Under the pieces are notes generated by a model. The model worked only from the letters and a program-made list of their open reading frames with translations. It was not told the origin of the DNA and searched no databases. Below are positions 59,642-64,000 of a stretch of 64,000 nucleotides of DNA, piece after piece. The number at the start of each line of letters is the position of its first letter. Position 1 is the first letter of the stretch. The DNA lies in the NCBI RefSeq assembly GCF_963506605.1, contig NC_083287.1:58590001-58654000 (forward strand), read 5' to 3'. This stretch comes from Zootoca vivipara (Eukaryota). The position numbers were made by a program, and so were the translations under genes.

Positions 59642-60716
59642 AGATCAGGCCCTGTCCAATTCTCTCCCTCAGAAAGGGCTCCTTGGATTTTCCCTCCAAA
59701 AGGGCTGGGAGCCAATCAGAGAGAGAGAAAGAGAGAGAGGGAGAGGCTCCTCCCCCCCTGCTCTGGCTCTGAGGGAAAATCCCTCATGGGAGAAAGTGGG
59801 TTGAAGCAACGGGAGAAAACTAGGAATAAGAAAGGATACAGATCAATGGACCGAGTCTGCTCTTGTCATTTGTATAGCACAATTAGTTTATGGGAATATC
59901 TACAACATATGGTTCATTCTTAGAGGTCAGTGCCTGAGGAATAGGTTTAAACAAAAACAGGAAAAAGGAAAACAGCTGAAGAGGGGTGCTTACAGACACA
60001 GTAGGCATGTAAGCTCTTCTTTGCATGCTTTTTAGCACTGCTCTTTGGCCCTCAGCCCTAAGAAAAAGGGATCCCACCCCGGCAGTTGTTCTTGAGAACA
60101 TTGTGCATTCCAAGTGGCTAGAAAAGGAGAGAGAAGCAGGAAGGAAATGGGCCCTGAAATGGGGGAGGGAGGGAGAGCAACTCTTGAGGATCCCAGGGTT
60201 GGTTGGTTGGCATCCATCTGTCTCGGGAGACAATGGGAGAGTGTGCCTTTGGGGGTGAGGTCAAACTGTTGGAAGGTTACAGCGGCTGCAGAGGCAATAG
60301 CCTAGTGTCAAAATTACACTTGTACAAATGACTCACTTGTCAATCACTGTTCAGACTTCTTTCATTGACTGAAAACACTGAAAGGCAGGAGCAACTAGGC
60401 TGATTCATTTGACAGACACTCCCAATGTTTCCTGCACATTTTGCTTACTAACTTTCCTTCTAGTAGGGCTAGACGCTGACTTTTCCTTTTCCTTTTTTGA
60501 AAAAGAAAGTTCAGAGTCTGGGCTGTGTTGCAGTGAAGCCCTGGTTCCTAACAAGATTCAGGGAACCTTTTTCTTTTTCTGGCTGTGTATCCATTTCATA
60601 ACAGAACAATGTATTTGCTTTGTAGGATTTGCAAACGCCTATACTTAGGACAGACAGAACTGGGCAGAAGAACAAGGACTTTCTTCTGACCTCTTGGAAG
60701 CTTCCTGGGAGCCCAG

Positions 60717-64000
<3,284 letters not shown>

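Overview
Eukaryotic vertebrate genomic DNA, almost certainly a squamate and probably a lacertid lizard (inferred from Sauria SINEs, BovB, CR1, L2 and squamate-type hAT MITEs). Two assembly gaps (617-768, 59513-59641). The window is part of a SCAN-KRAB-C2H2 zinc-finger cluster: ZNF-A (minus, 9380-13022, 12 fingers), an orphan 17-finger exon (minus, 20684-22308), ZNF-C (minus, 47319-51304, 12 intact fingers) and ZNF-D (plus, 60717 to window end). A complete 4-exon LAMTOR4 gene (42241-44374) and a processed KIF4 pseudogene (~16.8-17.9 kb) sit inside the cluster. The centre holds a local duplication and a nested TE stack: hAT > young sushi/Tf1-type chromovirus (29068-36860) > Tc2/pogo-like element > SINE relic. 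The most interesting signal is in that retrotransposon. Its Pol ends in a chromodomain with a degenerate aromatic cage, followed by an acidic tail with two tandem helix-[IV]F-acidic-FxGF motifs. These match the LEDGF/TFIIS-N-terminal-domain interacting motif (IBM/TIM), suggesting host-mimicry tethering for integration. It also shows an 11-nt Tf1-type self-priming signature and a GGGAAAC -1 frameshift signal. All family assignments are by eye; no searches were run.
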